A stretch of DNA of 47,315 bases from an uncultured bacterium (GTDB lineage: Bacteria; B130-G9): assembly GCA_965372715.1 (NCBI GenBank), contig CBDVDH010000028.1, forward strand, positions 1 through 47,315, given 5' to 3'. The notes below the pieces were generated by a model. The model worked only from the letters and a program-made list of their open reading frames with translations, ran no database searches and had not been told where the DNA came from. Within the stretch, counting starts at the first letter, position 1. Each line of letters begins with the position of its first letter. Shown here piece after piece: positions 8,141 through 18,533 of the stretch. The position numbers and the translations under genes were made by a program.

Positions 8141-9727
8141 ATGCCTGAATTATTAGAGAAGTTCTACGGTTGGCTCTCATCTATGGCGACCGGCAACAGG
8201 GGCATCTTCGCATTCCTCATAACGGCCTCGGCGGTTATTATTGTGCTCTTCCTGAAAGGCGCTATCAGCAGAGCTGGCCCTGGGCGACGGTCGGGGGCCG
8301 TATCACGCCGCCTTAATTTCTTCCAGAAACGCAAGGTGATACGGCAGGCCGAGTACCTCATGGACGACGGTGATTACCGGCAGGCCGGGGCGCTCCTCGA
8401 CTCCGTTGGCGCGTTTGAGCTTTCGCTTCAGGCGTACCTCAAGGGCAATGAACTCGCTTCCGCCGCGTCGCTTGCTGAGAAGCTGCAACGCTATAATCAA
8501 GCCGCTTCGATCTTTGCCAGGCTGGAAGAGTATGACAGAGCCGCGGCGCTCTACGAGAAATCAGATGACCATGGCGCCGCCAGAGAGATGTATATTTCCG
8601 CCGCCGAGAAGGCCGCGAAGGCAGGCAAGAATTACGTTGCGGCCGAGATGTATGTGAAAGGGGATGAACCAGGCAGAGCCGGAGAGATGTATAACAAGGC
8701 CGGCGATCCAGAGAAGGCTGCGGTGTTGTTCGAGCAGGCCAAAGAGTATGAGAAGGCCGCCAACGCTTATGAAACGGTTTATGCCCAGTCCCTCACGAGA
8801 GATTTCGGAACTTCGCTCAGCATGACAAAGAAGGGAAGGGAGGCCGCCACAAAAGGCGCTCGAGCCTTTGAAAGTGCCAGCAATTACAAATCTGCTGCGA
8901 GGTTATACAAGGTGGCGGGAGACGTGATACGAGCCTCAGAGATGCTTTCCAGGGCCGGTGACGACGAGGGCGCGGCGGAGATACTGCTCGAGGCCAAACG
9001 TTACGACGATGCTGTCCAGGCGTTCCGCCGGGCCGAGGATGAGAAAGGAGCATCCAAAGCTCTTGCCCTCAAAGCGCTCAATTCCGAGAAGCTCGATGAG
9101 GCGGCTCAGCTCTTTGAGAAGATAGAAGATCACATACAGGCGGCGGCGCTTTATGAACGTGTTGGAAAGACCCTTGATGCGGGCCGGATGTTTGAGGCGG
9201 CCGGGGAAAATGCGTCAGCGGCGTCTATGTTCGTCGCCGCCAATGAATGGGAAAGGGCGGCTGAGAATTATGAAAAAGCCGGCGCCAATGAACTAGCTGC
9301 CGAATACTACGCAAAGGCCGGCGACCCCAGAAAGGCCGCGCCGCTGTTTGAGGCGGCTGAGCAGTTCTTTGAGGCGGGAGAAGCCTACCTGCAGGTTGGC
9401 AAAGAAGATGAGGCCATGTCCATGTTCCAGAGGGTCCGCCCCGCGTCCGAAAACTACGTCCGCGCCTCGAACCTGCTCGGGCAGCTTTTTGTGGACAAGG
9501 GCAGACACAATCTCGCAATTAAGAAATTCCTGGAGATCACTGCCAACAAGTCGGTGACGCTCGACAACATCGACGTCTTCTACAACCTATCGCGTGCCTA
9601 CGAGAAAACGGGCCAACTTGCCGACGCCAAGGCACTCTACGAGAAGGTCATACTCGTCGATTTCAACTACAAGGACGCCAACGCCCGCCTCGCCGCCCTC
9701 GAGAAAAAGGGAGAAAGTCCCTCCTAG
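8141..9727 (+). CDS. Membrane-anchored TPR/alpha-solenoid repeat protein
   Basis: N-terminal TM, many A-x-x-[YF]-E-[KQ]-A-G helical repeats and a C-terminal TPR. Confidence 0.75.
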   Translation: MPELLEKFYGWLSSMATGNRGIFAFLITASAVIIVLFLKGAISRAGPGRRSGAVSRRLNFFQKRKVIRQAEYLMDDGDYRQAGALLDSVGAFELSLQAYLKGNELASAASLAEKLQRYNQAASIFARLEEYDRAAALYEKSDDHGAAREMYISAAEKAAKAGKNYVAAEMYVKGDEPGRAGEMYNKAGDPEKAAVLFEQAKEYEKAANAYETVYAQSLTRDFGTSLSMTKKGREAATKGARAFESASNYKSAARLYKVAGDVIRASEMLSRAGDDEGAAEILLEAKRYDDAVQAFRRAEDEKGASKALALKALNSEKLDEAAQLFEKIEDHIQAAALYERVGKTLDAGRMFEAAGENASAASMFVAANEWERAAENYEKAGANELAAEYYAKAGDPRKAAPLFEAAEQFFEAGEAYLQVGKEDEAMSMFQRVRPASENYVRASNLLGQLFVDKGRHNLAIKKFLEITANKSVTLDNIDVFYNLSRAYEKTGQLADAKALYEKVILVDFNYKDANARLAALEKKGESPS

Positions 9728-9781
9728 CGCTACTTGCTGAAAGCTGTATTCGGCATCTGCCTCGGGCCGATCGGGCCTGGT

Positions 9782-9805
9782 GTGGGGCGGGCTTTCCAGC
9801 CTGCC
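9782..9805 (+). repeat. Single GTGG-type REP palindrome
   Basis: GTGGGGCGGGCTTTCCAGCCTGCC; identical to 47294-47315 (truncated) and the reverse complement of 4728-4751. Confidence 0.85.
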
Positions 9806-9991
9806 AACTACGTCTATATCAATACCATCTGCCGCCGCCGTCGTCCTTGACAGCCAGCTCTGTGACGTGAAAGAGCAATCGCGGACAATACTCGACCGGG
9901 GCCGAAACGCTTGACTGAGCGGGCCAACTCCACATAATGACATACTAGAGCATCTACAAGCCAGACCAGGAAAGTCGCAGGACAATAGGGC

Positions 9992-11725
9992 ATGATCACG
10001 AAACTGACGTTACGGAACTTCAAGAGCATTCAAGAGCAGACCTATGAGTTGTCGAGATTCGACCTCTTCGTGGGGCCGAACAATTGCGGGAAGAGCACGA
10101 TTCTTCAGGCGTTGGCCATCTGGCAGTTCTGCGTCGATGAGTTTCGTCGAGTGAAGCGCGGCGGCAGGAGCGGGGTACAGGTTGTATTACCGAACTTCAC
10201 GGCGCTTCCTGTGCCTGAGTTTGACCTCCTCTGGAAGGACCGCACGGACCGGAAATACCCAATGGTAGGAGGTAGCAAGAAGCAGGAGTTCATCCTGATC
10301 GAGATTGGCGTAACATGGCTGACGGAGGCGGCCGAGGAGAGGTTCTTCGAGGTAAAGTTGCGCTACAACTCACCGCAATCAGTCCATGCAATCCCCTCAC
10401 AAGGTTGCGGTAGGTTCCGCAAGCTCGAGGAAGAGAATTCTCTGCCGATAATCGCCTATGTTCCGCCGTTTTCAGGACTTGAGGCGCACGAAGAACGACG
10501 CGACGGCGCCCCCATCCGCGCTCAGATTGGCAAGGCGCAACCGGGCAGTGTTTTGAGAAACATGCTATTATATGTCCCGCCGGGAGACTGGACTGAGGTC
10601 CAGAATGTAGTGAGGCGTTGGTTCTCCGTTGAGCTTCAGGAGCCGCAGTACGAGCGTGGCGTTGACAAATACATCGAGTGTTTATATCGGGAGAGTGGGA
10701 GCGGCGAAAGGCGCAAGAGAAAGGGCAAGAAGGACTTCTTTGACATTATTGCCGGCGGAAGTGGGTTTCATCAAGCGCTCACACTGCTCGCGTTTCTTTA
10801 CGGCTACGGGCCGACGACTATTCTACTCGACGAGCCCGACGCACACCTGCACGTGAATCTTCAACGAGAGATTCTCGACTACTTCAAGCAGAAGTCCAAT
10901 GAACGCGGCACGCAGTTTCTGATCGCAACCCACGCAGAGGAGCTCGTTACCGGCGTTGATGTAAGCCAGATCATTTCGTTGCTGGAGCAGCGGCAGCCGA
11001 AACGCGTGGAATCCACCGCGGAAATCATCAGTGCAATGGCCGACTTGCCCAACACGGAGATCGCTGCGCTTCTGGCCTCGCCTTTTCTTCTCTATGTTGA
11101 GGGCAAAGGCGACGAGCGTCTTCTGCGGGCTTGGGCGGGAGCGTGCGAGGCAGAGAGCATATTCAGCAGACTGTGTTTTCACGACATGAGGGGCGGCTCA
11201 AAGAAAGAGATGAAAGACAACGCTGACAAGCACTTCGATGCAGTGAAGCAGATTGTACCTGATACGAAACGCTTGATGCTGTTCGACTACGACACAGAAG
11301 AAACCGCATTTCATCCAGAACCAGACAACCCGGTCCTCTTTGAGTGGAAACGCAAGAACATCGACAACTATCTGCTTGTCCCAGACGTGTGGAGACGGGC
11401 GGCGCTGCGTGAGTTGAACTTGCGTGATGATGACGTCTTTGCTCAACCAACCAAACAGTTGATTACTGAGTTCTTCTCGAGCGAGAACCTCACCCTGCCA
11501 CCTGGACAGACGTGGCGAAACGTCAGCGCGAACGTTTTCAAGGTTGTTGACGGGAAAAGGCTCCTATATGGGGACGAGGAGTCGCTTTTTCAACGGTTGC
11601 GTCGTTCTAATCCATCGATCCAGCTTCTTCGCGAGACCGTCACAGCTAGCATGACAGCCGACGAAATCCACGAGGATGTCCACGCTTTCTTCGGGAAACT
11701 CAAGGAAGCAATCGGATCCAACTGA
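9992..11725 (+). CDS. ABC/AAA_21-type ATPase fused to TOPRIM-like nuclease domain (OLD/PARIS-like)
   Basis: LRNFKS, Walker A GPNNCGKS, GSG signature, Walker B LLDEPDAHLH, IATH H-loop. C-terminal LYVEGKGD, FDYD and IDNYLL motifs. Confidence 0.75.
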   Translation: MITKLTLRNFKSIQEQTYELSRFDLFVGPNNCGKSTILQALAIWQFCVDEFRRVKRGGRSGVQVVLPNFTALPVPEFDLLWKDRTDRKYPMVGGSKKQEFILIEIGVTWLTEAAEERFFEVKLRYNSPQSVHAIPSQGCGRFRKLEEENSLPIIAYVPPFSGLEAHEERRDGAPIRAQIGKAQPGSVLRNMLLYVPPGDWTEVQNVVRRWFSVELQEPQYERGVDKYIECLYRESGSGERRKRKGKKDFFDIIAGGSGFHQALTLLAFLYGYGPTTILLDEPDAHLHVNLQREILDYFKQKSNERGTQFLIATHAEELVTGVDVSQIISLLEQRQPKRVESTAEIISAMADLPNTEIAALLASPFLLYVEGKGDERLLRAWAGACEAESIFSRLCFHDMRGGSKKEMKDNADKHFDAVKQIVPDTKRLMLFDYDTEETAFHPEPDNPVLFEWKRKNIDNYLLVPDVWRRAALRELNLRDDDVFAQPTKQLITEFFSSENLTLPPGQTWRNVSANVFKVVDGKRLLYGDEESLFQRLRRSNPSIQLLRETVTASMTADEIHEDVHAFFGKLKEAIGSN

Positions 11726-11762
11726 GCGCGCCATCGCTCGTGTCCGACAAGAAAGCCCCGCG

Positions 11763-12941
11763 CTACTTGGCTTTTTTCCGCTTGTTCTTGCGGTCTATGT
11801 GCTCCTGGCTCGATTTGGCGCCTTGCAGCGCGTCGTCGCTTCCGGGGGACATCTTTAAGACCTTCTTGTAGGTCTCAAGCGCCTTGTCGTGTCTGCCCTG
11901 CTTGTAATAGCAGTGCGCCAGCATCAGAAGTGGGGTAACCTCCTTCTGGCTTTGATACAGGTCGCGATAATAGTACTCCGCTTCGAGGTATTGTCGACGC
12001 TGATAATACATGCTCGCCAGACGTGCAGCCGCCAAATGCGTTCCGGGGCCCTTCAATTCAACAGCTTTCTTGAAATCAGCTATCGCTTTCTGAGATTGTC
12101 CAAGCGCTTGGTGTGCTTTTGCTCGAAGCAAGTAACCCCATGTCTGTCTAGGCGCAATCCGAATCATTGTATCTCCTGTCGATACAGCGCCATCAAATCG
12201 ACTCAATGAAAGCTGGATATCGCCCAGAACCTTGAGCGCGTTGATCTTCTTGGGGTTCTTGGCAAGAACATCCTGTATCGTATGAAGCGCGGGCTCCAAA
12301 TCGCCGAGACCCTCATAACAATGTGCGAGAGAAATGACAGTAGGCACGTGACCTGCTCTTGCGTCCAAGGCGCGCTGTAGGTGCTCTATGGCATCTCTGA
12401 ATTTTCGAAGGTGATTCAGCACCAGGCCGTATGTGTAATTGAATTCGAATTTCTCCTTTCCTTGATCCTCGATCCTCGAAAGGACCGATCGAGCATTCTC
12501 ATACTGCTCAAGTCCCGCGTAAATAGCCCCCAACTGGTAATTAGCCTGATAGTTCTCCGGGTCATACTTCAGCCCCAGCTGAAGTAACTCGATAGCCTTT
12601 GGGTAGTTCTTCTGACGCGCGTATACCTGCCCGAGAGTGAGAATGGCCCTATCGTGGCTCGGCTTCAGGCTTAGGCACTTGGTGAGCGCAGGACTAGCGC
12701 TCTCCAGATCTCCTTGTCCCAGCAGTATCAGCGCTTTCAAGTAATATGATTCGGCCTTCTCGGGCTCCTTCTGGATAGCTCTATCTATCGCACTCTTCGC
12801 GGCGCCGAATTCACGTTGGCTGTAAAGATCGAACGCCTCAGCATACCCATCGTGCTGGGCAATGCCATCACTACATAAAACGACCAGAAGCAGGAGTGCA
12901 AGAACCACCAGTTGTACTCGGCGAGTTGTGCACGACATCAT
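11763..12941 (-). CDS. Secreted tetratricopeptide repeat protein
   Basis: Signal peptide followed by about 10 TPR units (e.g. AESYYLKALIL, ANYQLGAIY). Confidence 0.85.
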   Translation of the reverse strand: MMSCTTRRVQLVVLALLLLVVLCSDGIAQHDGYAEAFDLYSQREFGAAKSAIDRAIQKEPEKAESYYLKALILLGQGDLESASPALTKCLSLKPSHDRAILTLGQVYARQKNYPKAIELLQLGLKYDPENYQANYQLGAIYAGLEQYENARSVLSRIEDQGKEKFEFNYTYGLVLNHLRKFRDAIEHLQRALDARAGHVPTVISLAHCYEGLGDLEPALHTIQDVLAKNPKKINALKVLGDIQLSLSRFDGAVSTGDTMIRIAPRQTWGYLLRAKAHQALGQSQKAIADFKKAVELKGPGTHLAAARLASMYYQRRQYLEAEYYYRDLYQSQKEVTPLLMLAHCYYKQGRHDKALETYKKVLKMSPGSDDALQGAKSSQEHIDRKNKRKKAK

Positions 12942-13329
12942 TTATGTTCTCCCTGTATACTCTATATCGTCGATTCTGACCAATTTGATTAGATCTGACT
13001 AGTATAATCGAACAAGTCAGAATGGGCGCTGGTTCCTGTGCATCAGCAGGACTTGTCCCGCCACGATTTATTCGAAATACATTTACCTCGTCTGTCTAGG
13101 TCGGCAGCGCTGACGGCAAACCACTACCGTAATATTCAATCCTCGAATAGAACATTCCATCAGGGTTGCTGCTGCGCGCAACCCAGGCCATAGTATCAAT
13201 ATATCATGTCAATAAAGTCATCTGCAAGTCAATATGACCGATCTTTCAAAAAAGTGCAAATCACAATAGGCGCGCGATAACCTAATCGCAGATATGAGTT
13301 TGGCCAAACGGTCCAGAAAAAGCAATCGT

Positions 13330-13686
13330 TCAAGCTTCGTTCGATTCCTGGTCCTGCTTGCAGTCGATGCACAGCGTTGCGACAGGTCTGGCTTCAAGCC
13401 GCTCTATACTGATATCGCCTCCGCAGCTCTCGCAGATGCCGTAAACGCCCTTCTCGATCTTCGCAAGCGACTCGTCGATCTTGGCCAGCAGCTTCTGTTC
13501 CCTGTCTCGCAGCCTAAGCTTCAACGCCTTATTCGATTCCTCGGAGGCTACGTCCGCGAAATCGCCCCCTTTTGGCTGAGAGCCGCCGCAGGACTCCCTC
13601 AGCGTTCTAGCCGCTTGTGCCAGAAGGTCTGCCCTACGTTCCGTAAGAAGCCTCTTGAATGATTGTAATGTTCTCTTGTCTAGCAT
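13330..13686 (-). CDS. dksA: DksA/TraR C4-type zinc finger transcription factor
   Basis: DFADVA coiled-coil tip (DxxDxA), YGICESCG..RLEARPVATLCIDC. Confidence 0.88.
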   Translation of the reverse strand: MLDKRTLQSFKRLLTERRADLLAQAARTLRESCGGSQPKGGDFADVASEESNKALKLRLRDREQKLLAKIDESLAKIEKGVYGICESCGGDISIERLEARPVATLCIDCKQDQESNEA

Positions 13687-13696
13687 TTATGTTGCC

Positions 13697-15100
13697 TCAC
13701 AACACTCCAGAAACATCGACTGACGGATATCTGGATAACAGTGCCTTGAAATCTGCCCTTATGCGTTTGAGCGTCTCCTTCGTCTCGGCCTCGAACCTGA
13801 GCACCAAAACGGGCTGCGTGTTTGAGGCGCGAATGAGTCCCCAGCCCTTTTCGTAAATAACCCTTGCGCCATCTATGTCGATAACCTCGTGGTCTTTCTT
13901 AAGTTCCTCTGCGATAGCGTCAACTACCTTGAACTTCTCCTCGTCCGGGCACGGGACGCGAATCTCAGGTGTGTGATAGGTCTGAGGAAGGGCATTGATC
14001 GTCTCGCTGAGCTCCTCGTTGGCCTGGGCCAGAATCTCCACCAGCCGGCAGGCGCCGTAAAGCGCGTCATCGTAACCCAGATACCTATCGGCGAAATACA
14101 TGTGCCCGCTCATCTCGCCAGCCACGAGGGCTTTTTCCTCAAGCACCTTCCGCTCGATCAGCGAGTGTCCCGTCCGCCACATTATCGACTGGCCGCCCAG
14201 ACGCTCTATCTCCTGTTCAAGGACCTGCGAGCATTTGACCTCCGAGATGACCTTTGCGCCTGGGTTATCCGCAAGTATCTGCCTGGCGTAAAGCAGCAAG
14301 AGAATATCGCCCCATATCGGCCGGCCCTTCTCATCTACCACGCCGATTCGGTCGGCGTCCCCGTCAAAGGCGATTCCGACCATCGCCCCAGTCTCGATCA
14401 CCGTTTCAGACAGTGCCGTGAGGTTCTCGACCACCGTCGGGTCCGGGAAGTGATTCGGGAAGCTCCCGTTAAACTCACAATAGAGCGGAATCACCTCGCA
14501 ACCCATCCTCTCCAGGAGCCGAGGCGCAAGGACACTGGCCATCCCGTTGCCGGCATCGACCACGACCTTCACCTTTCTGCCGGACCTCATCTTGTTCATG
14601 TCTATCGAGTTCTCAAACAGATAATCGACGTAGTCGTCCTCAACATCTCTCCTGTCGAGCTGCCCGGTTCCGTCTGCGAAGTCGCCACCTTCGATGATCG
14701 TCCGCAGGTGCTGTATCTCCTTGCCGAAAATGGTGTGCTTGCCCTTACACACCTTGAGTCCGTTGAACTGCGGTGGGTTGTGGCTGCCGGTGATCACTAT
14801 CCCACCGTCCGAATCCAGAAGATGAAGCGAGAAGTAGAGCACGGGGGTCGGAACCATGCCGACATCCGTCACGTTGCAGCCCGTCGTCAGGATCGCATCG
14901 ATCAACACATTCGCAAAGCCCGGCGAGGAGAGCCTAACGTCCCGTCCCACAACGACATTGCGCAACCCGCTTCTTATGATGTCGGTCCCGAACGCCTTGC
15001 CAATGCTCGCGACAACGTCGGTGGTCAGGTCGTCGCCAACCGTCCCTCGAATGTCATATTCCCTGAAAATCCGAGGATTCACCGCTGGATTGTGCCTCAT
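13697..15100 (-). CDS. Phosphomannomutase/phosphoglucomutase (AlgC-like)
   Basis: IFREYDIRG, TGSHNP phosphoserine loop, FDGDADR metal loop, GEMSGH, RASNTQP. Confidence 0.95.
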   Translation of the reverse strand: MRHNPAVNPRIFREYDIRGTVGDDLTTDVVASIGKAFGTDIIRSGLRNVVVGRDVRLSSPGFANVLIDAILTTGCNVTDVGMVPTPVLYFSLHLLDSDGGIVITGSHNPPQFNGLKVCKGKHTIFGKEIQHLRTIIEGGDFADGTGQLDRRDVEDDYVDYLFENSIDMNKMRSGRKVKVVVDAGNGMASVLAPRLLERMGCEVIPLYCEFNGSFPNHFPDPTVVENLTALSETVIETGAMVGIAFDGDADRIGVVDEKGRPIWGDILLLLYARQILADNPGAKVISEVKCSQVLEQEIERLGGQSIMWRTGHSLIERKVLEEKALVAGEMSGHMYFADRYLGYDDALYGACRLVEILAQANEELSETINALPQTYHTPEIRVPCPDEEKFKVVDAIAEELKKDHEVIDIDGARVIYEKGWGLIRASNTQPVLVLRFEAETKETLKRIRADFKALLSRYPSVDVSGVL

Positions 15101-15103
15101 CTG

Positions 15104-16060
15104 TTACTTTGACTCGGACTCCTTGGCCCCCGGCTTCTTTGCAGTGTCAGCCGCATCTACGCTGATCGCTTTCTTCCCATCCTTCCCACTGCCGACGACG
15201 ACGCGCTGCACCTTGCTCGGATCGAATCCGGGCGGAAGCCGTGACATGTCGGCCCCGATAGGCCGCTTGCTCGAGGCCATCGACTTGCCGGGCGCCTCCA
15301 TCCTCTTGAGCGCCTTGTCTGCGTCCCGCTCCCACTGGGAACCCGGATACAAAGAGGTGATCTTCGTATAGACCTCTTTGGCCGAATCGGGCCGCTTCAT
15401 CTTCTCGTGAAGCTCCGCAAGGCTGAAATAATACGGCGCAATCCCCGACGCGCCTTCGTGTGCCTTGAAAACGTCCTCGTAGGTCTGCACGGCCGAGTCG
15501 TACTCGCCAAGCTGCTCCTGCGTCCTCGCGATATCGACCCTGCAAAGCGCGTTGTAGTCCCCTTCCTGATACTCCCTCAAACACTCCTCAAAAGCGGCAA
15601 TTGCTGAGCGATAATCGCCCAGCTCGTAGCGCACTATCCCGATGTAAAACAGCACGCGCTCCATGTTCTCCGCGCTGGGGTAGGCCTGCTTCAGCTCCTC
15701 GAACTTGGCGAGCGACTGTTCCAGCAAGGCCCGCCGCTCGCTGAGCCGCTCCGTCAACGGTTTCGGCTGAACGTCCTCTCCCTCCGAAGGCTCCTGATCC
15801 AGCGCAAGGTCTATCGCCATCGCCTGGTTGTAAAGGTCCGCCCCAAAATACTCCATCGCAGAGACCGCCTCGATACGACCTTGCCGATACGACTTGTAAC
15901 CGAAAGACCCGGCGATGACCACCGCCGCGGCAACAACGGCAAATGTTATGAACCTACTGTTTCCCTTTGTGTAATCAATGATATGAGTAAGAAGGTCCTT
16001 CGGGTGCGCCTGATCCCCCCGCCTGGCCTTCTTCTTAACCTTAATCGTCCTTCTGACCAA
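15104..16060 (-). CDS. Membrane-anchored TPR protein (YfgM/CpoB-like)
   Basis: Basic N-terminus, single TM, then TPRs with ..YPSA.. and ..YPGS.. motifs. Confidence 0.7.
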   Translation of the reverse strand: MVRRTIKVKKKARRGDQAHPKDLLTHIIDYTKGNSRFITFAVVAAAVVIAGSFGYKSYRQGRIEAVSAMEYFGADLYNQAMAIDLALDQEPSEGEDVQPKPLTERLSERRALLEQSLAKFEELKQAYPSAENMERVLFYIGIVRYELGDYRSAIAAFEECLREYQEGDYNALCRVDIARTQEQLGEYDSAVQTYEDVFKAHEGASGIAPYYFSLAELHEKMKRPDSAKEVYTKITSLYPGSQWERDADKALKRMEAPGKSMASSKRPIGADMSRLPPGFDPSKVQRVVVGSGKDGKKAISVDAADTAKKPGAKESESK

Positions 16061-16330
16061 TCCAGTTCCTCCTCACTGCCTGAGAATCCGCGTCTTCAGG
16101 CGAGATGTTTTTGTTGCGAGCGAACAATATCAAACCACTCTAGATATGGCAAATACAACCGAATGTCGAGACTTAGAAGTCGGAATGCGCGCGTTCCAGC
16201 TTGCGCATGATTCGGGCGACCAAAAAAACAACACAGAGGGAACAAACTTGGTGTCCTTTGTGCCCTTATGGTTCGTGTCTTTCGGCAGAAGGAGGCTAGA
16301 AGAGGCTGTGCCATAAGTCGTTGCGGTTGT

Positions 16331-16582
16331 GTAGGGGAGTGGTCTCAGACCCGCCCTCTCTAATTGATGGTCGCATAAGATGCCTCGTATCCGCAGGGAT
16401 TCATGTAGGCGGGCGGGTCTGAGACACCGCCACTACAGGCCGATTCCGACAATCACGTCGCATAAGAAAACCACCGCGTTGATCTTGACAGTCGGCCGCA
16501 TTTCCTGTATTGTTGTTGTCTGAATGGACAACCAAATCCTTGTCAATCGACTTATGACCCAGCCTCCACGAGCTGCCCCTAC
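16331..16582. repeat. Composite REP/MITE-like repeat, second copy
   Basis: GTAG-REP doublet at 16331-16436, then the segment homologous to 1-146, ending in GCCCCTAC. 16331-16368 resembles 47182-47220. Confidence 0.85.
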
Positions 16583-16621
16583 AGCAAAATTCGACCCACC
16601 TTCTACCCGCCACAGAGGCGG

Positions 16622-17614
16622 CTAGTCCGGCAGCGTCTCCTCGGTGGGGAAGAAGGCGTCGTAGTGGCGGAGTAGATAGACGCCATCCGTAAACTTGCCG
16701 AGCTTGGCTTTCAGTTTCTCGCCCCGAACCAGGCGAATGAGGTCCTTGGCGAGGTCGGCGCCGGCCGCTATCGAGAGCAGCACGCCGGAGCCGAAGCGGG
16801 GATTGGCCTCGGTCAGCTTCAGCGCGCCGTGTTCGTCGAGAAGTCCCTGGACTACCGCCGGGCCTATCAGTTTCAGCGCCTCGGCTGCTCTGGCAACTAG
16901 CTCGATGAACTCCATGTTCCTGACTGTCTTGCCCTTGAATACCTCGCCGTCCCGAACGTAGAGGCGCTCCCGCGGGACCACCGAAAGGACTTTGCCATCG
17001 AAGTCCGAAAGCGTGTCGAACGAATACTCGGGCCCCGGCAGGAACTCTTGAACGACAGGATTTGCGGTGCGGTCCAGGTAGAAATGGAGCTCCTCCTCGT
17101 CCGCAACCCTGTGAACGCCCTTGCCGCCGATGCCGCGCCGCGGCTTCACCAAGAGCGGCCAGCCCGGCGTGTTCGTCTTGGGAGGCAACTCCTCCGGCAG
17201 CCAGGTTCTGGGCGAGGGAATGTCATTGTCGCAGAAAAACTGATATGTCCGATGCTTGTCGTCGCAAACACCGATTGTCTCAGGGCTTGAGACGACCGCC
17301 GTGATACCGCCCTTCCTCAGCCGCTTGCGATGCTCAGCGAGAAACGGCAGGTCCTTGTCGATCGACGGGACAATGGCCGAGATGTTGTGCTTCTGACAGA
17401 TTCCCTCGAGATGTTCGATGAACCCTGACGAATCAAGCGGTGGGACAACTTCGTATCCGTTACTCTGAAGCAGCGCCGCCGAAAGTGGGGACATGTCGGC
17501 CGCGACGACCTTCCCGCCGCCAAGCTCCGCGAGCGCCCGCTGAAACGCCTTGACGAGGTCCGCCCGCCAGTTCGCGCTCAAAATGAGAATGTTAGTCTGC
17601 TTATCACTTGCCAT
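16622..17614 (-). CDS. ATP-grasp domain protein (carbamoyl-phosphate-synthase-like family)
   Basis: NILILSA..ADMSPLSAAL, CDDK, LVKPRRGIGGKG, VQEFLPGPEYS, EANPRFGSG. Confidence 0.85.
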   Translation of the reverse strand: MASDKQTNILILSANWRADLVKAFQRALAELGGGKVVAADMSPLSAALLQSNGYEVVPPLDSSGFIEHLEGICQKHNISAIVPSIDKDLPFLAEHRKRLRKGGITAVVSSPETIGVCDDKHRTYQFFCDNDIPSPRTWLPEELPPKTNTPGWPLLVKPRRGIGGKGVHRVADEEELHFYLDRTANPVVQEFLPGPEYSFDTLSDFDGKVLSVVPRERLYVRDGEVFKGKTVRNMEFIELVARAAEALKLIGPAVVQGLLDEHGALKLTEANPRFGSGVLLSIAAGADLAKDLIRLVRGEKLKAKLGKFTDGVYLLRHYDAFFPTEETLPD

Positions 17615-17708
17615 ATTCCCACTCTAGTCAATTCAGCCTCTTCGTGGACTCATTATACACAGAACGATTAGCGTCTTCTGGCTAGCTACAATGGACTCCA
17701 TCCTGCCG

Positions 17709-18518
17709 TCAGCCTGGACGTCTGGCAACTATCTGGATTGTGTTCTCCGAGCGGATCAACGTGTTGGCTATCACACACGACATCCCAAAGCGCCTCGCAC
17801 AGTATTTCTGAACGTCGATTATCGAAAGCCCGTTCGACTTCAGGAGCGAGACCACTTCGCGCACATCGATCCCGCCGAACTGCCGCTGAACATCCGACAT
17901 GGAGTAGTCGATGCTTCTCGCCTCATCGGGCAGCGAGCGGATGCAGACCTTGTAGAGCGCCTCGTCGAGAACGGCCAGTAGGCGATGAAACACGTATCGC
18001 AATCTGCTCGAGATCACCTGTTTGAGCGGTTCGTGAGTGATTAGGATGATTCCGCCATCGTTGAGACTGGCCGAGGCGAGCCTCAGCGCCTCCGAGACGT
18101 CGCGGACGTGATGCAACGTGCCGCAGAAGACGATCAGATCGAACCGACGCGGGCAGCCGGCCAGAAACGAGAACAGATCGGCGCAGACTAGCCTGAGTTT
18201 TGCATCGAGCTTCTTCTGTCGAAGTCTGTCCTTGAAGACAGAAAGCATGTGGATTGAGATGTCCGTCCCGGTTACGTCAAAACCCGCTTCGGCAAGCATA
18301 AGCGACATCTTGCCCGTCCCACAGCCAACATCGAGCGCGGAAAGCCTCCTGTCCCTGTCACCCAACGCCCGCCTGACAACTGCCAGAGCCCGCTTTCGCC
18401 GCAACCGCTCGAAGAAGTTGCGCTCCTCAAAGTGCAGTGCGTCGTAATGAGGCGCCTCGACCCGGTGCACGTCGATGTTTGCGGCGATAACCTCGTCATC
18501 GCTGGCGTAAGAGCTCAT
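17709..18518 (-). CDS. Class I SAM-dependent methyltransferase
   Basis: ALDVGCGTG motif I, VTGTDIS, FDLIV..LHH. Confidence 0.88.
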   Translation of the reverse strand: MSSYASDDEVIAANIDVHRVEAPHYDALHFEERNFFERLRRKRALAVVRRALGDRDRRLSALDVGCGTGKMSLMLAEAGFDVTGTDISIHMLSVFKDRLRQKKLDAKLRLVCADLFSFLAGCPRRFDLIVFCGTLHHVRDVSEALRLASASLNDGGIILITHEPLKQVISSRLRYVFHRLLAVLDEALYKVCIRSLPDEARSIDYSMSDVQRQFGGIDVREVVSLLKSNGLSIIDVQKYCARRFGMSCVIANTLIRSENTIQIVARRPG

Positions 18519-18533
18519 GCCCTAAATACCCTT

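Noticed and set aside
12942-13329. AT-rich intergenic region as riboswitch, ncRNA or origin (GGCAAACC near 13115)
   Set aside because: Lacks the GAAA tetraloop stem and remaining c-di-GMP-I features, and has no DnaA boxes. Probably promoter DNA.
13889-15112. 407-aa plus-strand ORF
   Set aside because: Antisense shadow of PMM/PGM in GC-rich DNA. The same applies to 20217-21002, 28327-29220, 33499-34299 and 45734-46669.
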